Below, piece after piece: positions 1-10,152 of a stretch of DNA of 64,000 bases. Below the pieces are notes generated by a model. That model saw nothing but the letters and a program-made list of their open reading frames with translations. It was not told the origin of the DNA and ran no database searches. Made by a program: the position numbers and the translations under genes. Numbering within the stretch: position 1 is the first letter of the stretch; each line of letters opens with the position of its first letter. The stretch is from Bacteroidales bacterium. Lineage in GTDB: Bacteria > Bacteroidota > Bacteroidia > Bacteroidales > VadinHA17. The stretch covers positions 51,302 through 115,301 of the forward strand of contig JAFGLJ010000038.1 in NCBI GenBank assembly GCA_016928075.1, given 5' to 3'.

Positions 1-551
1 CTGAAGTAAAGGAAGAATCGAAAAAGAAAGTAGCTGAAATGAAGGAGGAATTAAGAAAGAAAGCTGCTGAGGTGAAGGAGGAATTTAAAACATCAGTTGA
101 AGATATTAAAGAAAACCTGAGAAAGGCAGGTGAATCAGTACCTGAAGCAAGTTTCTGGGAAGAGACAGGTGATAATATATCAGAGGGAGCTAAGATAGCA
201 GGGGAGGAAGCCCGCAATACTGCCGATAAAATATCCGCATATTCTGAAGTACTGTTTGGCAGGATAAAGGACAGATCGGCCGAAGCTTTTAAGTCCGGGC
301 TTGATCTGACACGCGAGGGGGTGAATAAGGCACAGGCTCTTGCAGATAAGCTGAGAGATAACATAGAAGTTAGCAGACTGAACAGGGAGAAAAAGGAAAT
401 AGCTACCCGGCTTGGTATGAAATTTTACCTGGAAGTAAAGAATAACAATAATACAGTTCCTGAGAATATGCTCGGGAAAAGGGTTTTCATGTCGTTGATA
501 AAAGAACTTGAAGATATTGACAAACAAATACTTGACCTGGAGAATGAATAA
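1..551 (+). CDS. Hypothetical charged coiled-coil protein (5' truncated by window edge)
   Basis: ORF 39..551; the frame stays open upstream to the window start (EVKEESKKKVAE-M); Glu/Lys-rich helical sequence. Confidence 0.7.
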   Translation, partial: EVKEESKKKVAEMKEELRKKAAEVKEEFKTSVEDIKENLRKAGESVPEASFWEETGDNISEGAKIAGEEARNTADKISAYSEVLFGRIKDRSAEAFKSGLDLTREGVNKAQALADKLRDNIEVSRLNREKKEIATRLGMKFYLEVKNNNNTVPENMLGKRVFMSLIKELEDIDKQILDLENE

Positions 552-1014
552 AATACAAATCAGGCATATTATTGATACAGCCATAATAGCATGGGCAATC
601 ATCTGGCTATATTACCTTATATTCAATTGGGATGTATTCACTATTAATCTCAAAACGAACCTTGGTTTTGCCATTATCGGTGGTTATCCATTTGTTTTTT
701 TCTTTATAATTGGACTTTTATTTCTTATCTTGATAAAATTCATTAATCAGGCAATTGCAATCAGGAAACTGGAAAGGGGAAAAGATATGGTAAATAAAAT
801 TGCTTTGCTCGAAAAGGATATTGAAGTTATGAAGCTCAGGGAGGCTATTTACAAGATGCAATCAGAAGAGCTGAGCAGGAATAGTGAGAACCTTAATGCT
901 TTGCATCAACGACTGGATGAAATTACATCACAGATAGAAAGAGAAAGGGATCAGACTTTAGATCCTGATTCACTAAATAACCGAGAAGATAAGCTTAGTA
1001 ATAATAAAAAATGA
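544..1014 (+). CDS. Hypothetical membrane protein, 2 TM helices plus C-terminal coiled coil
   Basis: ORF 508..1014; ATG at 544 overlaps the upstream stop; hydrophobic N-half. Confidence 0.7.
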   Translation: MNKIQIRHIIDTAIIAWAIIWLYYLIFNWDVFTINLKTNLGFAIIGGYPFVFFFIIGLLFLILIKFINQAIAIRKLERGKDMVNKIALLEKDIEVMKLREAIYKMQSEELSRNSENLNALHQRLDEITSQIERERDQTLDPDSLNNREDKLSNNKK

Positions 1015-2015
1015 AAACCCGTACCCAGAAAGTAAGACTCGGAGTATTTATTTTTATCAGCGGGGCATTACTAATTTTCCTTATACTCTATTTCGCTGCA
1101 AACAAGATTTTTGAAAAGTCAGATGTCTATTATGTGGCGTATCACGATGTATCGGTCAGCGGACTTGAGGTTGGAAGCCCGGTGAATTACCTGGGGATAA
1201 AAATAGGTACTATATCAAATATTTTCATTGACCCGCAAGATATAAATTCGATAATTGTGGAACTGTCTTTGCAGCCTGGTACGCCAATAAAGAAAGATGC
1301 TTATGCCGACATTGTCTCCCTTGGCATTACAGGACTCCGGTCAATTGAAATCAGGGGTGGAAGCAACGAGGCAGATTTCCTTAAGCGTGGTGAATTCCTT
1401 GCGGCAGGCAGTTCAGCCACACAGGAAATAACCGGTAAGGCGAGTGTTATAGCAGAAAAAGCTGAAAAAGTAATCAATAACCTTCAGATATTTACCGATC
1501 CTGAAAATATGAATAAATTTTCTGACGCCGCTGAAAACATCAATTCCCTGGCCGGGCAACTGAATACAACCATACAGATGATTGAAACCCTGATAAAAGA
1601 AAACAGGGAAGGTGTCAGGGAAGCTATTATTACGGCAAATACGGTGGCTAATCGACTTGACACGTCTGCAATATACCTGACTGAAGCAATCAGCAGCATA
1701 AATAGTATCGTTCAGAGCGATACTGTGCAACAGATAGTCGGATATGCCCACGACATATCAGAACATCTGGAAGAAACAGATTTAAAATTATTTATCAGTA
1801 ATCTGGCTGAAATTACCAAACAGACCAGGCAATTACTGTACAGGATTGACCAGGAGCTGGATGTGAACAGCCAGGAATTGACTGAAAGTGTCAGACTATT
1901 GAGGATTACACTAACTAACCTTGAGGAAACGTCAAACAGGGTAAATTCTGACCCTTCAATACTGCTAAGGGGATTCGGTGACAAAAACATACCTGACAGG
2001 AGATTGAAAAAATGA
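1011..2015 (+). CDS. MCE/MlaD family protein with long helical tail
   Basis: N-terminal TM; VSGLEVGSPVNYLGIKIG MCE motif; C-terminal DPSILLRG. Confidence 0.92.
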   Translation: MKTRTQKVRLGVFIFISGALLIFLILYFAANKIFEKSDVYYVAYHDVSVSGLEVGSPVNYLGIKIGTISNIFIDPQDINSIIVELSLQPGTPIKKDAYADIVSLGITGLRSIEIRGGSNEADFLKRGEFLAAGSSATQEITGKASVIAEKAEKVINNLQIFTDPENMNKFSDAAENINSLAGQLNTTIQMIETLIKENREGVREAIITANTVANRLDTSAIYLTEAISSINSIVQSDTVQQIVGYAHDISEHLEETDLKLFISNLAEITKQTRQLLYRIDQELDVNSQELTESVRLLRITLTNLEETSNRVNSDPSILLRGFGDKNIPDRRLKK

Positions 2016-2059
2016 CCTATTTTGATATTGACTGAAACCATGTAATTTAATACTACATA

Positions 2060-2686
2060 ATGAAACCATTCTGTATCATAATTACCAGTATTATAATTCT
2101 GCTAACGTCTTGCATGTCCGAAAGGACAATAATAAGAAAATATTATACCCTTGAAATACCGGAAGATGCAAATACCTTGCTACCCGATACGTTAACAGTA
2201 ATACCGGGGAAATGTGAAATAGGCCGTATTGATATTAATCCCGTTTATCAGAAAAACCAGATAGTAAATCGCAACGAATCTAACGAAATAACATATTATA
2301 TCTACCATCTATGGGCAGTTAGACCGGATGAGGCTATCAGGGAATTTATGCAGGAATACATGCAAAATAAAAGGCTGTTTAAACACGTTTCCACCAGGTT
2401 TACCCGGTCGATCCCTGACTATATCCTCGAAACCAGGGTGAATGACATGGAGATAATTGAAATTGATAAATCGTTCTCAGCTCATGTTAACCTTGACCTT
2501 AAGCTGATACTGAATCATAGCGACAGTATACTGGTAAGTCACAAGGCTGACAGAACAGAACCTCTTAAACTGAAGAATATTAATCTTTTTGCCAGTGAAG
2601 TAAGCAATATACTATTTGAAGAACTAGAAATTTTTGTGCAACTGATCAGGGCAAATGAAGAATTATTCTATAGTAGTGAACGGTAG
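2060..2686 (+). CDS. ABC-type transport auxiliary lipoprotein (PqiC-like)
   Basis: Lipobox LTSC; YY near N-terminus; YHLWAVRP motif; lies in an MCE operon. Confidence 0.8.
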   Translation: MKPFCIIITSIIILLTSCMSERTIIRKYYTLEIPEDANTLLPDTLTVIPGKCEIGRIDINPVYQKNQIVNRNESNEITYYIYHLWAVRPDEAIREFMQEYMQNKRLFKHVSTRFTRSIPDYILETRVNDMEIIEIDKSFSAHVNLDLKLILNHSDSILVSHKADRTEPLKLKNINLFASEVSNILFEELEIFVQLIRANEELFYSSER

Positions 2687-2714
2687 TTGTTTATCCTGAA
2701 AAATATTATCCCCA

Positions 2715-3827
2715 GTGGCAGGAAAAGAAAAGAAAGCGAAATCTTATCATTTTGAAGATAATATCCTTGAATTACGGGGTAAGTTCACGATCAGTGAACT
2801 GAATGAATCACTTTATGAGATTGAAAAAAGCATAAATGAATTCAGGCATGATTCCCTTGTGATTGACCTTGATCAAATAACTTATGTTGATAGTGCCGGG
2901 GTTACAGCGATATATTACCTGCGCGACCGGCTTATAGAACAGGGAATGAATGTTGAAATAAAAGGCGGATCGGAAGATATCAAACGAAAGCTTGAACTAT
3001 TCAGTCAGAAAGGGATACACGGGGAAGAACAGGTAAGTAAAACCGGTTTTTTTGAGAGAATGGGAACCGGATTAGCATATGTATACGATGAAATTATAGC
3101 AAGTTTCTTTCAGCTGGCTGCTGATATTACTTATTGGTCGGTAACCGACCTTTTTAAAAGGCAAACACGCCGGAAAGGCGAATTTGCTAACCAGGCCGTT
3201 CTTATAGGTGTGAATGCAGTGCTGATAGTCGGGGCAATGTCATTTATTATAGGACTGGTACTGGCCCTTCAATCAGCAGCGCAATTACGCTCTTTCGGTG
3301 CTAACATATATATTGTTGACCTTACTGTAATAGCTATGATGAGCGAGATGGGACCGCTTATAACCGCAATTATGGTGGCGGGAAGAAGCGGATCATCAAT
3401 CGCGGCCGAAATTGCAACAATGAAAGTGACTAACGAAACCGATGCCCTGAGAACAATGGGCCTTAACCCGATACGTTTTATTATCGTACCAAAAATGCAT
3501 GGTGCACTCGTAACATTGCCGTTTCTGACCATTATAGCCGATGTACTTGGTATTGCCGGGGGAATGGTAATAGCAGTTACATCACTGGATATTTCACCCA
3601 TGGTTTTTATTCACAGGATGCAGGAAGCATTCCTCAGCAGAGACATACTTTTCGGTGTTATAAAAAGCCTCGTGTTCGCCTATCTTATTGTTATCACAGG
3701 AAGCTACTTCGGTTTCAGGGTAAAGCAGGGAGCTGATGTAGTGGGTAAAGTAACCACTCAGGCAGTCGTTGTTTCCATTTCATTGGTGATAATTGCAGAT
3801 AGTATAATGGGCCTGATTTTCTATTAG
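2715..3827 (+). CDS. mlaE: MlaE family lipid ABC permease with N-terminal STAS domain
   Basis: STAS motif DLDQITYVDSAG; EMGPLITAIMVAGRSGSSIAAEIATMKV motif. Confidence 0.93.
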   Translation: MAGKEKKAKSYHFEDNILELRGKFTISELNESLYEIEKSINEFRHDSLVIDLDQITYVDSAGVTAIYYLRDRLIEQGMNVEIKGGSEDIKRKLELFSQKGIHGEEQVSKTGFFERMGTGLAYVYDEIIASFFQLAADITYWSVTDLFKRQTRRKGEFANQAVLIGVNAVLIVGAMSFIIGLVLALQSAAQLRSFGANIYIVDLTVIAMMSEMGPLITAIMVAGRSGSSIAAEIATMKVTNETDALRTMGLNPIRFIIVPKMHGALVTLPFLTIIADVLGIAGGMVIAVTSLDISPMVFIHRMQEAFLSRDILFGVIKSLVFAYLIVITGSYFGFRVKQGADVVGKVTTQAVVVSISLVIIADSIMGLIFY

Positions 3828-3838
3828 CAATAATTAAT

Positions 3839-4585
3839 ATGGATAATGACAGTGTGATAAAAGTAAGAGGGCTGACAGCAATTATTGATGATCAGGTTAT
3901 TCTGTCAAATGTCAGTTTTCACGCTAACAGTGGGGATGTAACGGTTATCCTGGGAAGTAGCGGAGCTGGTAAGACCGTCCTGCTCAAACACCTGCTTGGT
4001 TTGTACCCGAGTGCACCGGAGGCGGTCAGGGTGATGGGAGTGAATCCGTCTCACCTCGGAGAAGGAGAAGAAAAACATTTCTATACCCAGCTTGGAGTAT
4101 TTTATCAGAACGGTGCATTACTGAACTCATTGACCGTAGGCGAAAATGTTGCACTGCCATTGCAACAGCACACTGACCTTCCTGATGAAATGATTGAAAG
4201 ACTGGTGAAGCTGAAATTAAGTCTGGTAAACCTTGAAGGAACATATAATATGTTACCGTCAAGCCTCAGTGGGGGCATGCTTAAGAGGGCAGCACTTGCC
4301 AGGGCAATCATTATGGATCCGCCTATTCTTTTCTGTGATGAACCCGGCTCCGGACTTGACCCTGTATCACTCGCATCTCTCGACAACCTGATACTGAACC
4401 TTCAGAGATTACTTGGTATTACAGTTATTATGATAACTCACGAAGTGTCCAGTATATTCAGGGTGGCGGACAGGATAATATTCATCGACCAGGGCAGGGT
4501 TATTTTTGAAGGTACCCTTGATGAGGCTATAATATCAGAAAATAAACCACTTAAAGAGTTCTTCCGCAAAGGCAGGGGGGAATAG
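3839..4585 (+). CDS. mlaF: MlaF-like ABC transporter ATP-binding protein
   Basis: Walker A GSSGAGKT; LSGGMLKR signature; DEP Walker B. Confidence 0.92.
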   Translation: MDNDSVIKVRGLTAIIDDQVILSNVSFHANSGDVTVILGSSGAGKTVLLKHLLGLYPSAPEAVRVMGVNPSHLGEGEEKHFYTQLGVFYQNGALLNSLTVGENVALPLQQHTDLPDEMIERLVKLKLSLVNLEGTYNMLPSSLSGGMLKRAALARAIIMDPPILFCDEPGSGLDPVSLASLDNLILNLQRLLGITVIMITHEVSSIFRVADRIIFIDQGRVIFEGTLDEAIISENKPLKEFFRKGRGE

Positions 4586-4613
4586 ATCTCAGTTCTATCA
4601 GATGCGACAAAAT

Positions 4614-4635
4614 GACATTTTTATGAAAAAATGTC
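4614..4635. promoter_or_regulatory. Inverted repeat, candidate activator-binding site upstream of the sigma54 promoter
   Basis: GACATTTTT-atga-AAAAATGTC about 100 bp upstream of a -24/-12 motif. Confidence 0.45.
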
Positions 4636-4731
4636 TGTCTTATATACTCTGTCTGCTCAAAACCCAATTTATTTATATGCACCTGATATACAGTATTAAA
4701 GGTTGAGATATATACCTATTATCATAAAGCC

Positions 4732-4748
4732 TTGGTATATCATTTGCT
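4732..4748 (+). promoter_or_regulatory. Sigma54 (-24/-12) promoter of hsp20-degP
   Basis: TTGGTATATCATTTGCT: GG-N10-GC, about 50 bp before the hsp20 ATG. Confidence 0.65.
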
Positions 4749-4799
4749 TGATAATAGATGAAAAATAGATGTCTAACAAAAATGAAGGAGAGTTAAGCT

Positions 4800-5252
4800 A
4801 TGACACTGAGAAAATATGAAAAAAGAGCATTTCCATCATTTCTTTCATTGCTTGACAGGTTTTTCGAAGGAAATTTGATGGACTGGAATTTATGGAATTT
4901 CGCAGAGCTCGATTCAACCCTGCCTGCAGTTAATGTTAAGGAGAACGATAATGAAATAATTATCGAAGTTGCAGCGCCGGGATTGAAGAAGAGTGATTTT
5001 AATGTGAATTTCGAAAATGGAAGATTAACAATTTCATCCGAGAAAAAGGATGAAAAAACTGAAAAGGAAGGCGATAAAGTAACACGCCGGGAGTTCAATT
5101 ATCAGTCTTTCCAGCGTTCATTCAATGTTCCTGAAAACATGGTGAATACTGATAAAATAACCGCAAAATACTCCGATGGCATTCTTCAGGTTTCTTTGCC
5201 AAAAAGAGAAGAAGTAAAACCTAAGCCTTCAAAGGAAATCAAAATTTCATAA
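4800..5252 (+). CDS. Hsp20/alpha-crystallin small heat shock protein
   Basis: PAVNVKE, APGLKK, REFNYQSFQRSF, A.YSDGIL.V.LPK motifs. Confidence 0.95.
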   Translation: MTLRKYEKRAFPSFLSLLDRFFEGNLMDWNLWNFAELDSTLPAVNVKENDNEIIIEVAAPGLKKSDFNVNFENGRLTISSEKKDEKTEKEGDKVTRREFNYQSFQRSFNVPENMVNTDKITAKYSDGILQVSLPKREEVKPKPSKEIKIS

Positions 5253-5257
5253 TATTT

Positions 5258-5312
5258 TGTCATCCTGAGCGAAGCGAAGGATCTCAGACTCTTCGCTTCG
5301 CTCAGAGTGACA
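5258..5312. repeat. REP-like intergenic palindrome (TGTCATCCTGAGCGAAGCGAAG...CTTCGCTTCGCTCAGAGTGACA)
   Basis: Near-perfect 55-bp inverted repeat containing GCGAAGC mini-hairpins. Confidence 0.85.
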
Positions 5313-5337
5313 TTTATAAAAAAAGGAGGACTTGAAA

Positions 5338-6849
5338 ATGAAGAAGTTTGGTTTATTAATATTATCTGCCATTTTGGGAAGTGCTTTAACCATAGGTTCT
5401 TTTTTCCTTTTTAATCTTAATGAAAAAGAACCTGTAAGGATACAGCATTTGAGCGGTGCGCCCGTTGTGGGCACGGCTTACACTGTTAATGAGGAGGGCG
5501 ACGTTGTTCCTCTGGAATTTACTGATGTGGCAGCAAATGTGATGCCTGCCGTGGTGCATATAAAATCCACACAGGTGAGCAGGATATCAGGCAATCAATA
5601 CAGAAGTGTTCCTGATCCTTTCAGGGATTTTTTCGATGATGATATACTGGAACGTTTCTTTGGCCCGGAGTTCAATAACCCCCGGCAGCAGCGCGAACTT
5701 GTTCCCAGAGTAGGATCAGGATCAGGTGTTATAATCAACTCTGATGGTTATATTGTAACGAATAACCATGTGATAGATAATGCTGACGATATAGAAGTTA
5801 CACTTCATGATAACAGGGTGTATAAAGCCAGAGTAATAGGTACTGATCCTTCAACTGACCTGGCACTTATTCAGATAAAGGGAAAAGGACTTCCATACAT
5901 ACCTTTTGTGAACTCCGATGATGTGGAGGTGGGTGAATGGGTACTGGCAGTTGGGAATCCTTTCAACCTTAATTCAACGGTAACAGCAGGAATTGTAAGT
6001 GCCAAAGCGAGAAATATCAATATCTTGCAGGACCAGAGTGCAATAGAATCTTTCATACAAACCGATGCAGCCATTAATATGGGTAACAGCGGCGGTGCGC
6101 TTGTAAACCTGCAGGGTGGACTGATAGGTATAAGTACTGCAATAGCAAGCCCGACCGGTGGATATGCAGGATATGGATTCGCTGTACCTTCGAATATTGT
6201 TTCTAAGGTTGTCGAAGACCTTTTGGAATATGGTTCGGTGCAAAGGGGTTACCTGGGCCTTATGATACGGAGTGTCGACGGTAACCTGGCACTGGAAGAG
6301 GACCTTGATATTACACAGGGAGTTTATGTCGACAGTATAACAGCTGAAAGCGCTGCAGGTGAGGCAGGAATCAAAGTTGGTGATGTTATAACCCGGGTTG
6401 ATGGCTCTGAAGTGAAATCCTCAAGTGAGTTACTTGAGCTTATCGGCCGCAAACGACCGGGCGATAAAGTTGATCTCACAGTAAACCGTGCAGGTCATGT
6501 AAAAGAGTATACAGTTGCACTGAGATCCCGTGAAGGTACTACCGGTATAATTGTTACTGAACCGGATGAGATACTGGAAGTGTTGGGTATAGAATTGGAA
6601 GATATAGATAAAAACACTGCCAGGAAACTTGGTATACCGGGAGGTGTAAAAATCACCGGCTTGCATTCCGGAAAACTCAGAAACACAACCGATATCAGGG
6701 AAGGTTATATAATCACTAAAGTCGATGGCGAACAGATAAACTCAAAAGATGAATTTATCAGGATAATGAAAGATAAAGAAGGCGGTGTAATGTTCGAGGG
6801 AGTGTATGAAGACTACCCCGGAATATATTACTATGCCTTCGGAATATAA
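5338..6849 (+). CDS. degP: Do/DegQ family serine endoprotease (HtrA, 2 PDZ domains)
   Basis: GSGSGVII, TNNHV (His), DLAL (Asp), GNSGGAL (Ser); GGAGGA 7 nt before ATG 5338. Confidence 0.93.
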   Translation: MKKFGLLILSAILGSALTIGSFFLFNLNEKEPVRIQHLSGAPVVGTAYTVNEEGDVVPLEFTDVAANVMPAVVHIKSTQVSRISGNQYRSVPDPFRDFFDDDILERFFGPEFNNPRQQRELVPRVGSGSGVIINSDGYIVTNNHVIDNADDIEVTLHDNRVYKARVIGTDPSTDLALIQIKGKGLPYIPFVNSDDVEVGEWVLAVGNPFNLNSTVTAGIVSAKARNINILQDQSAIESFIQTDAAINMGNSGGALVNLQGGLIGISTAIASPTGGYAGYGFAVPSNIVSKVVEDLLEYGSVQRGYLGLMIRSVDGNLALEEDLDITQGVYVDSITAESAAGEAGIKVGDVITRVDGSEVKSSSELLELIGRKRPGDKVDLTVNRAGHVKEYTVALRSREGTTGIIVTEPDEILEVLGIELEDIDKNTARKLGIPGGVKITGLHSGKLRNTTDIREGYIITKVDGEQINSKDEFIRIMKDKEGGVMFEGVYEDYPGIYYYAFGI

Positions 6850-6871
6850 TCCCCCTTAACCCGAATTCCAT

Positions 6872-6937
6872 CCGGCCTGTGAGGACGAGCTCGCTTAAAT
6901 ATATGCCATGAGCTTGCCTGCAGGCCAGGCTTTTTTC
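6872..6937 (+). terminator. Putative intrinsic terminator after degP
   Basis: Imperfect stem ggcctg..gagc/gagc..caggcc followed by a T-run. Confidence 0.45.
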
Positions 6938-6994
6938 ATTCAGGAAGACAAAAGATCTGAAATTATGAGGCAGCCCATGTGGGTGTTACCAGAC

Positions 6995-7010
6995 TGGCAC
7001 GGATCTTGAA
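6995..7010 (+). promoter_or_regulatory. Sigma54-like promoter
   Basis: TGGCACGGATCTTGAA: perfect -24 TGGCAC; -12 is TTGA instead of TTGC. Confidence 0.5.
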
Positions 7011-7034
7011 TTGTTTATAAACAGGGAGGTAATT

Positions 7035-10000
7035 GTGGTACGCAGAAGTAATATAAAATTTATACTGGTAATTTTTTTACTCCAAATAACCATTCTGCTC
7101 CCGGCACAATATTTTGGCAGGAATAAACCGGGGTATAAAAAATTTGACTACGAAGTGGTTCAGACCCCAAATTTTGAAATTTATCATTACCTCGCCAATG
7201 ATACCCTGCTGAAAACCTTTCTTGCATGGGCAGAAGAATGGTATGGTATGCATCAAACAATATTCAGGGATACTATTGACAAAAAAAATCCTCTTATACT
7301 TTATAATACGCATGCCGATTTTCAACAAACAAATGCTGTTACAGGTTTGATCGGAACAGGAACAGGAGGTGTCACAGAGGGTTTGAAGAACAGGGTGGTA
7401 ATGCCTTTTGCCCATACCCTTTCGCAGACTGACCATGTGCTGGGACATGAGCTTGTACATGCATTCCAGTTTAATATGCTGCTATCCGCAGATACCGGTA
7501 AGAATTATTCGGTTAATAACCTGCCTCTCTGGATGATTGAGGGGATGGCCGAATACCTGTCGATAGGAAGTGTGGACCCGCACACAGCCATGTGGATCAG
7601 GGACGCACTGGTAAATGACGACTTTCCCAGCCTGGATCAATTGACAAAAGACCCGGGTAACTATTTTCCTTACAGGTATGGTCATGCTTTCTGGGCCCTG
7701 GCAGGAAAAACGTGGGGTGATACTGTTATACTGCCCTTGTTTGAAAAAACTGCCGAGATAGGCTACGAAAATGCCATTGATTCAGTGCTTGGTATCAGCA
7801 GCAGTGCCTTTTCATCTCTCTGGGAGAGTGTTTCAAGAAGTTACTATGCCGGATACCTCAGGAATACAGCAAGGGATCCAATCGGGCAAAAAATAATATC
7901 ATCAGAAAATGCAGGCAGAATAAATGTCTCGCCGTCAGTCAGCCCCGGCGGGAAATATATAGCATTCTTTTCTGATAAGGACCTGTTTACATTCGATGTT
8001 TACCTTGCAGATGTCAGTTCAGGAAAAATCATAAAAAAACTCGCCGGTATTTTAAAGAATAACGATTTTGATGATTATAACTTCATTGAGTCTGCCGGAA
8101 CATGGTCTCCCGACGGGGAAAAATTTGCCTTCGTAATATACGAGCAGGGTGTTAATAAACTGGCCATAACAGATGTTGACAGGGGAAATATAACTGAAAA
8201 GATCGAAATTGACAGTGTGCCTTCATTTTCAAATCCATCATGGTCACCCGACGGTAAAAATATCCTGCTTTCCGGAATGGTAAATGGTAAATGTGACCTT
8301 TTTCTTTACAATATGGAAACAGGTGATGTTGAACAGCTTACAGATGATATTCCAGGAAATGTTCATCCTGCATGGTCTCCTGATGGCCGGAATGTGGTAT
8401 ACTCCCAGGAGATAATAAATGATTCACCTGAATATCGTAAGTTCAGTTTTGCCCTGGCAGTTATCAATACAGTGTCAAAAGAAAAAAGAGTGTTCAATGT
8501 TTTTAAAGGCGCCAGGAACCTGAACCCATTCTTTTCACCGGATAATGAATCAATATTCTTTATGTCGGATGCTGATGGCTTCAGAAATATGTACAGGTTT
8601 GATATATCGGAAAATTCTGTATACCGACTGACGAATTATGCCACCGGGATAAGCGGCATTACGCATATGGCTCCCGCAATCAGCAGGATCTACTCCGAGA
8701 ATATGACAGCTTATTCATATTATTATGAAAACAGTTACGATATCTATCTGGCATATGACAGCCTGTTCAATCCCGTAAAAGTTCCTTCAGACATTATTGA
8801 CCTGAAAGCAGGTACCTTGCCGCCTATTGGCACGGTAACAAAATTGCTAATCGACACAAACCTTTATATCCGGGATTCAAAATATACACTGCCTCGCGAC
8901 TCGGTGGACAATATTCCCTATAAATCGAAATTCAAACTTGATTATATATCAAATTCAACAGGACTGGGAGTGTCTTCCAGCCAGTATGGCAGTATAATGC
9001 AGGGTAGTGTGAATATGATATTCAGTGATATTGTAGGGAATAACCAATTATTTGCATCTGTGGCATTAAACGGTGAGATTTATGATTTTGGCGGACTTTT
9101 TTCATATATTAACCAGAAAGGGAAGGTAAAATGGGGCGCTACGGTATCTCATATTCCTTACCGCAGTGGATTTATGGATATTGTTCGTGACACTCTCAGC
9201 ATTTCCGGGGATACGATAATCGCCAATAACCTGAGGTTGAATTATTTAAGGATGTTTGAGGATAATATCTCCGTTTTTGCCTATTATCCGCTTTCACAGA
9301 CAAGAAGATTTGAGGGGGGCATATCTTTTTCATGGTACTATTTCAGGTTTGACAGGTTTAACAATTATTACAATGATCTGGGTATGTGGTTATTTGAAAC
9401 GCGTGAGAAATTACCTGCCCCGGATGGTAATAATTATCAGCAGGTTAACCTTGCATATGTTCAAGATAATTCCTATTACGGGATGACCTCTCCCATGCAG
9501 GGTCAAAGGTCACGTTTCCAGCTTACAAGGTACTTCGGGTCAGTAGATATGTACACTGCCCTGGTGGATTACAGGAAGTACTGGTTTGTCAGGCCTGTCA
9601 GCATAGCCTTCAGGGCTTATCATTACGGCAGGTATGGTAACTCTGCACAGAGTGAGCTAATAGCACCGCTTTACCTGGGGTATCCCTGGTTCATAAGGGG
9701 TTATGAAAGCATTTCCCTGCTCGGTAATGATTATGATGTTGAAGGGGGATCTTTTAATATTTCCAACCTGAGCGGTTCAAGGTTACTTGTTGGTAATGTT
9801 GAGCTGAGAATTCCATTTACAGGGATAGAAAGAATTGCACCAATAAAATCGAAGCGTTTTTTCACTGATATTAATCTGTTTTTTGATGCCGGTCTTGCGT
9901 GGAATAAGAGCAGTGATATAAGCTTCGAATGGGATCCCGATACCTTTGATAAACGTATACCCGTTTACAGCGCGGGTGTTTCAGCAAGGGTGAACCTGCT

Positions 10001-10097
10001 GGGTGTGCTTGTTGTTGAACCTTATCTTGCTGTTCCGTTTCAAAACGGTGGTTTCGACAATATTTCTTTTGGCCTGAATCTTATGCCCGGATGGTAA
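7035..10097 (+). CDS. Omp85/BamA-family barrel protein with N-terminal HExxH metallopeptidase-like (MA) domain and PD40 beta-propeller
   Basis: HELVH...P.W..EG.AEY; repeated WSPDG; IRGY motif and C-terminal barrel ending in W; GTG at 7035 follows GGAGG (track start 7011). Confidence 0.85.
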   Translation: MVRRSNIKFILVIFLLQITILLPAQYFGRNKPGYKKFDYEVVQTPNFEIYHYLANDTLLKTFLAWAEEWYGMHQTIFRDTIDKKNPLILYNTHADFQQTNAVTGLIGTGTGGVTEGLKNRVVMPFAHTLSQTDHVLGHELVHAFQFNMLLSADTGKNYSVNNLPLWMIEGMAEYLSIGSVDPHTAMWIRDALVNDDFPSLDQLTKDPGNYFPYRYGHAFWALAGKTWGDTVILPLFEKTAEIGYENAIDSVLGISSSAFSSLWESVSRSYYAGYLRNTARDPIGQKIISSENAGRINVSPSVSPGGKYIAFFSDKDLFTFDVYLADVSSGKIIKKLAGILKNNDFDDYNFIESAGTWSPDGEKFAFVIYEQGVNKLAITDVDRGNITEKIEIDSVPSFSNPSWSPDGKNILLSGMVNGKCDLFLYNMETGDVEQLTDDIPGNVHPAWSPDGRNVVYSQEIINDSPEYRKFSFALAVINTVSKEKRVFNVFKGARNLNPFFSPDNESIFFMSDADGFRNMYRFDISENSVYRLTNYATGISGITHMAPAISRIYSENMTAYSYYYENSYDIYLAYDSLFNPVKVPSDIIDLKAGTLPPIGTVTKLLIDTNLYIRDSKYTLPRDSVDNIPYKSKFKLDYISNSTGLGVSSSQYGSIMQGSVNMIFSDIVGNNQLFASVALNGEIYDFGGLFSYINQKGKVKWGATVSHIPYRSGFMDIVRDTLSISGDTIIANNLRLNYLRMFEDNISVFAYYPLSQTRRFEGGISFSWYYFRFDRFNNYYNDLGMWLFETREKLPAPDGNNYQQVNLAYVQDNSYYGMTSPMQGQRSRFQLTRYFGSVDMYTALVDYRKYWFVRPVSIAFRAYHYGRYGNSAQSELIAPLYLGYPWFIRGYESISLLGNDYDVEGGSFNISNLSGSRLLVGNVELRIPFTGIERIAPIKSKRFFTDINLFFDAGLAWNKSSDISFEWDPDTFDKRIPVYSAGVSARVNLLGVLVVEPYLAVPFQNGGFDNISFGLNLMPGW

Positions 10098-10152
10098 TAA
10101 CAAATTTACCTGTCATGGTAATTACTTTTGAGACAACCCCAACCCCTCATTT

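Noticed and set aside
5247-5474. 75-aa minus-strand ORF containing CHSERSEES
   Set aside because: It is a translation of the palindromic repeat and antisense to degP
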